Of a stretch of DNA of 64,000 nt, positions 61,546 through 64,000 are shown in pieces. The notes beneath the pieces are model-generated. The model made no database searches, was not told where the DNA came from, and worked only from the letters and a program-made list of their open reading frames with translations. Every line of letters begins with the position of its first letter. The stretch's first letter is position 1. The translations under genes and the position numbers were made by a program. Source of the DNA: Camelus ferus (taxonomy: Eukaryota). The DNA lies in NCBI RefSeq assembly GCF_009834535.1, contig NC_045696.1:92382001-92446000 (forward strand). Reading direction: 5' to 3'.

Positions 61546-63289
61546 TGTTCAACAAATAACAGCTCTTTACTCCCTTTAATTCATATTTGTGCTTTATAAG
61601 TGACCAACTGTATTTAGAAATGGCCTAAATGATTTTTTCCTACTTTGTGAAGCTGATGTTCTTATGCTGTCATGAGAACACTTCAACTTCTATAAATGAA
61701 GAGTAATGTTATGTATGGGGCTAAGCGTTTTATGTTTAACACAGAATAAGGGAAAAAAATCACAATCTACTGGTCCTAGTGGTAAGGAAGGGACAGGTTG
61801 GCAATTAGAAATAGCTTGCAGCTATACTGGGGATGGACAGGCAGTAGGGGAGGAGGCAGAAGGAAGAGGGAGTTTCAAATAGTCTAGGAATTTGCCTGGG
61901 AAAACCTGCAAGAGCGAAGCAGGGGAAGAGAAGCCGTGAACTTCACACAACACACAGGACTGAAGCTTTTGAATAATGAGCAACACAAATCAGACACTAG
62001 TTGTAGCTGAATTTCTGTAACATTTTTGTACATATTTTCCTGAAGTAAATAACATTTAAAAGTTTTAATTGTTTTAAATAATTCCTTTTGATCTAATATG
62101 TGGTCAAACCCTATATCTGTCAAAAAGGCTCCTTCAATTCATCATTATATCAGAATCTGGAAGAGATTTGTTTGGGAATTTATTTTGGAAAGGAACATGA
62201 CAGTGCACCCCTGCCACCTGTCACAACAGACTGACCTTAGACACTAAGGATGCCCTCAGTCTGCAAGGGGTCCTCTGTTGCCTGTACATTTTGGAGACAG
62301 ATGTTTTCTGCCCTATCCTTGAAAAGTATAAAGCATGTGCCATTGTGAATTTTTAACTAACAACTACTAGAAACGATAAGCCTTTCTTTCCCTGAATTTG
62401 ATAATCGCATTCATTTAGCCACAACTACCTTTTATGAGTGCACTAGAGATTTAAATGGTAGAAAGACAGAGAAAAGGGGATGCAAAAAGTTAGAAAGGAA
62501 AGAAGAGTTTCACAATTTATCAATACATGAGCTCGAGCCCCTGCACCGCCATCCCCCAACAGCCTTTAATAACACTGGGCTGGTGATGGGGCACAGCACA
62601 CACCGACCACGACAACCGTGTTCTGTCCTGTGTGGAGGAGCCCCAGCTCCTGGCCCACCATCTGCTGTTTCTTCCAGCAGTGCCAATGCACCACCCCTTA
62701 CTCAGGCAGCCCACACTCTCTGGGATGAAGGAAAGCTTGTGTCTCTGAGATGGCTGCCTGCATTTGAGGAGGGTAGCTCTCATGGTGCATCAAGTTAACT
62801 GGACTACACAGGAATTCAGATCACTTTTGACCCCTTAGCCCTGTGACCCCATCAGCTGAGCTCCGATTCTACTCCTGCCCAAAGGTTACCAGCCACAGTT
62901 CCTAGTCAGAAAAGAGGCTGAGAATGTGTCAGGTAAACGGACAAAGTGATCATTCAACATGCACAAAAGTACTCCCAACACTTTTGGAGAGCAAGAGAAG
63001 TACATCCTGGAATTCCTGCCCCAGGGCAGGGCAAGTTCCAGGGCCAAGGGGCCCACTCAGCCAGCCCCAGCCACAGGCGGCAGAGACCTCCATCTGCCAA
63101 AGCCTGGCCAGTCGCGATGTTCACGTGGACCCATCCTCCCCTCACTGGCCCGGAGTTCTCTGGAGAGAAGTGGTCATACTTTCTGCCTGGTATTCTCCCA
63201 AATCACTCTGAAAATAATAAAATAAGTCCACCTACAAGAAAAAAGCTTGTCTTCCAGGGCCTCAGATTGTAGCAAAAGAGAAAAACACA

Positions 63290-63840
63290 AAATGATGATT
63301 ACAATCGAGGCATCATTAAAGTTTGTTTTTACATTTTTAAACATACTGTTAAATATTTTTTAAAAAAGAAAATTTTAGAACAGCGTGAAGCATCTTATTC
63401 CATGAATGCAAAATTTTAAAAGTGTATTTAAGTTAGTAGAAGCATAGAAAAAAGTCTGAAAGAATATAGCAAAGAGAATTTAAAAATTATAACCAGATTA
63501 TGAAGGACTTTTAAAAATTATACATTTCTGTATTGTTTTAAATTTTATTTACCATGATCATGTATTTTTCAAAAATGGAAGGTAAGAATAAATCATTTAA
63601 ACAAAGTCAAGCCTTGAAAGAATATTCAATAGTAAGAAGAATTTCCTTGAATAGAGATTACAGAATAATATACACAGTACAATATTGATTTAAGATTTGC
63701 AAATAGTTATAGTAAAAAATACTAAAAGGAAATCCACTAAAATGCTATGAGTAAGCAATTTTGGGGTGAATGATTTTTATTTTTCTACGTTTTCCTAACT
63801 TTCTAGAATTATAATGGTTATTTTGAAAAACTGCAATGAA
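63290..63840 (+). mobile_element. Old L1ME-like 3' UTR fragments
   Basis: AAAAAGTCTGAAAGAATATAGC...GATTATGAAGGACTTT...CATTTCTGTATTGTTT, with a second similar piece at about 63660-63840. Confidence 0.5.
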
Positions 63841-64000
63841 ACAAGCCATGAAAGGTGGACTCAGTAACACCCTGAACATATATGTATCTAGGGAAATCAG
63901 GAAGACTTGTCCAAGTAAGTTAATTCCCTGGAGAAGCTGAAATATTCATAGAAACTCAGCCGAGGATGGGAGCAGCTCTCTCAGAGGGAACAATGTGAGA

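Noticed and set aside
1..64000. CRISPR arrays, operons or other prokaryotic systems
   Set aside because: The sequence is mammalian. I saw no regularly spaced repeat-spacer array and no gene-dense or compositionally foreign segment.

Overview
Mammalian genomic DNA, most likely camelid (alpaca, llama or camel). That call rests on a vic-1-like tRNA-derived SINE at 31.0-31.15 kb and on my seeing no BovB, Bov-A, PRE-1 or Alu copies. The window is repeat-rich intronic or intergenic sequence: young and old L1, L2, MIR, MaLR/ERVL LTRs and hAT MER elements. I found no intact cellular protein-coding exon I can identify. The only recognisable protein sequence is decayed L1 ORF2 (RT YADD motif and C-terminal Cys/His knuckle); the other ORFs in the track look like chance ORFs. 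A CpG island at about 45.0-45.6 kb looks like the promoter and first exon of an unidentified minus-strand transcript, with candidate downstream exons at 43.9, 29.1 and 0.5 kb. The best-supported unusual signals are retrotransposition by-products visible directly in the sequence. These are an L1 with a ~330-bp 3' transduction nested in an older L1, a TSD-flanked insert carrying non-L1 sequence (orphan transduction or retrocopy), and two twin-priming inverted L1s that break at the same GTCATT motif. I cannot support a wholly new biological system here. Repeat subfamily names come from recalled consensus sequences, not a database run, and boundaries of old repeats are approximate (tens of bp).
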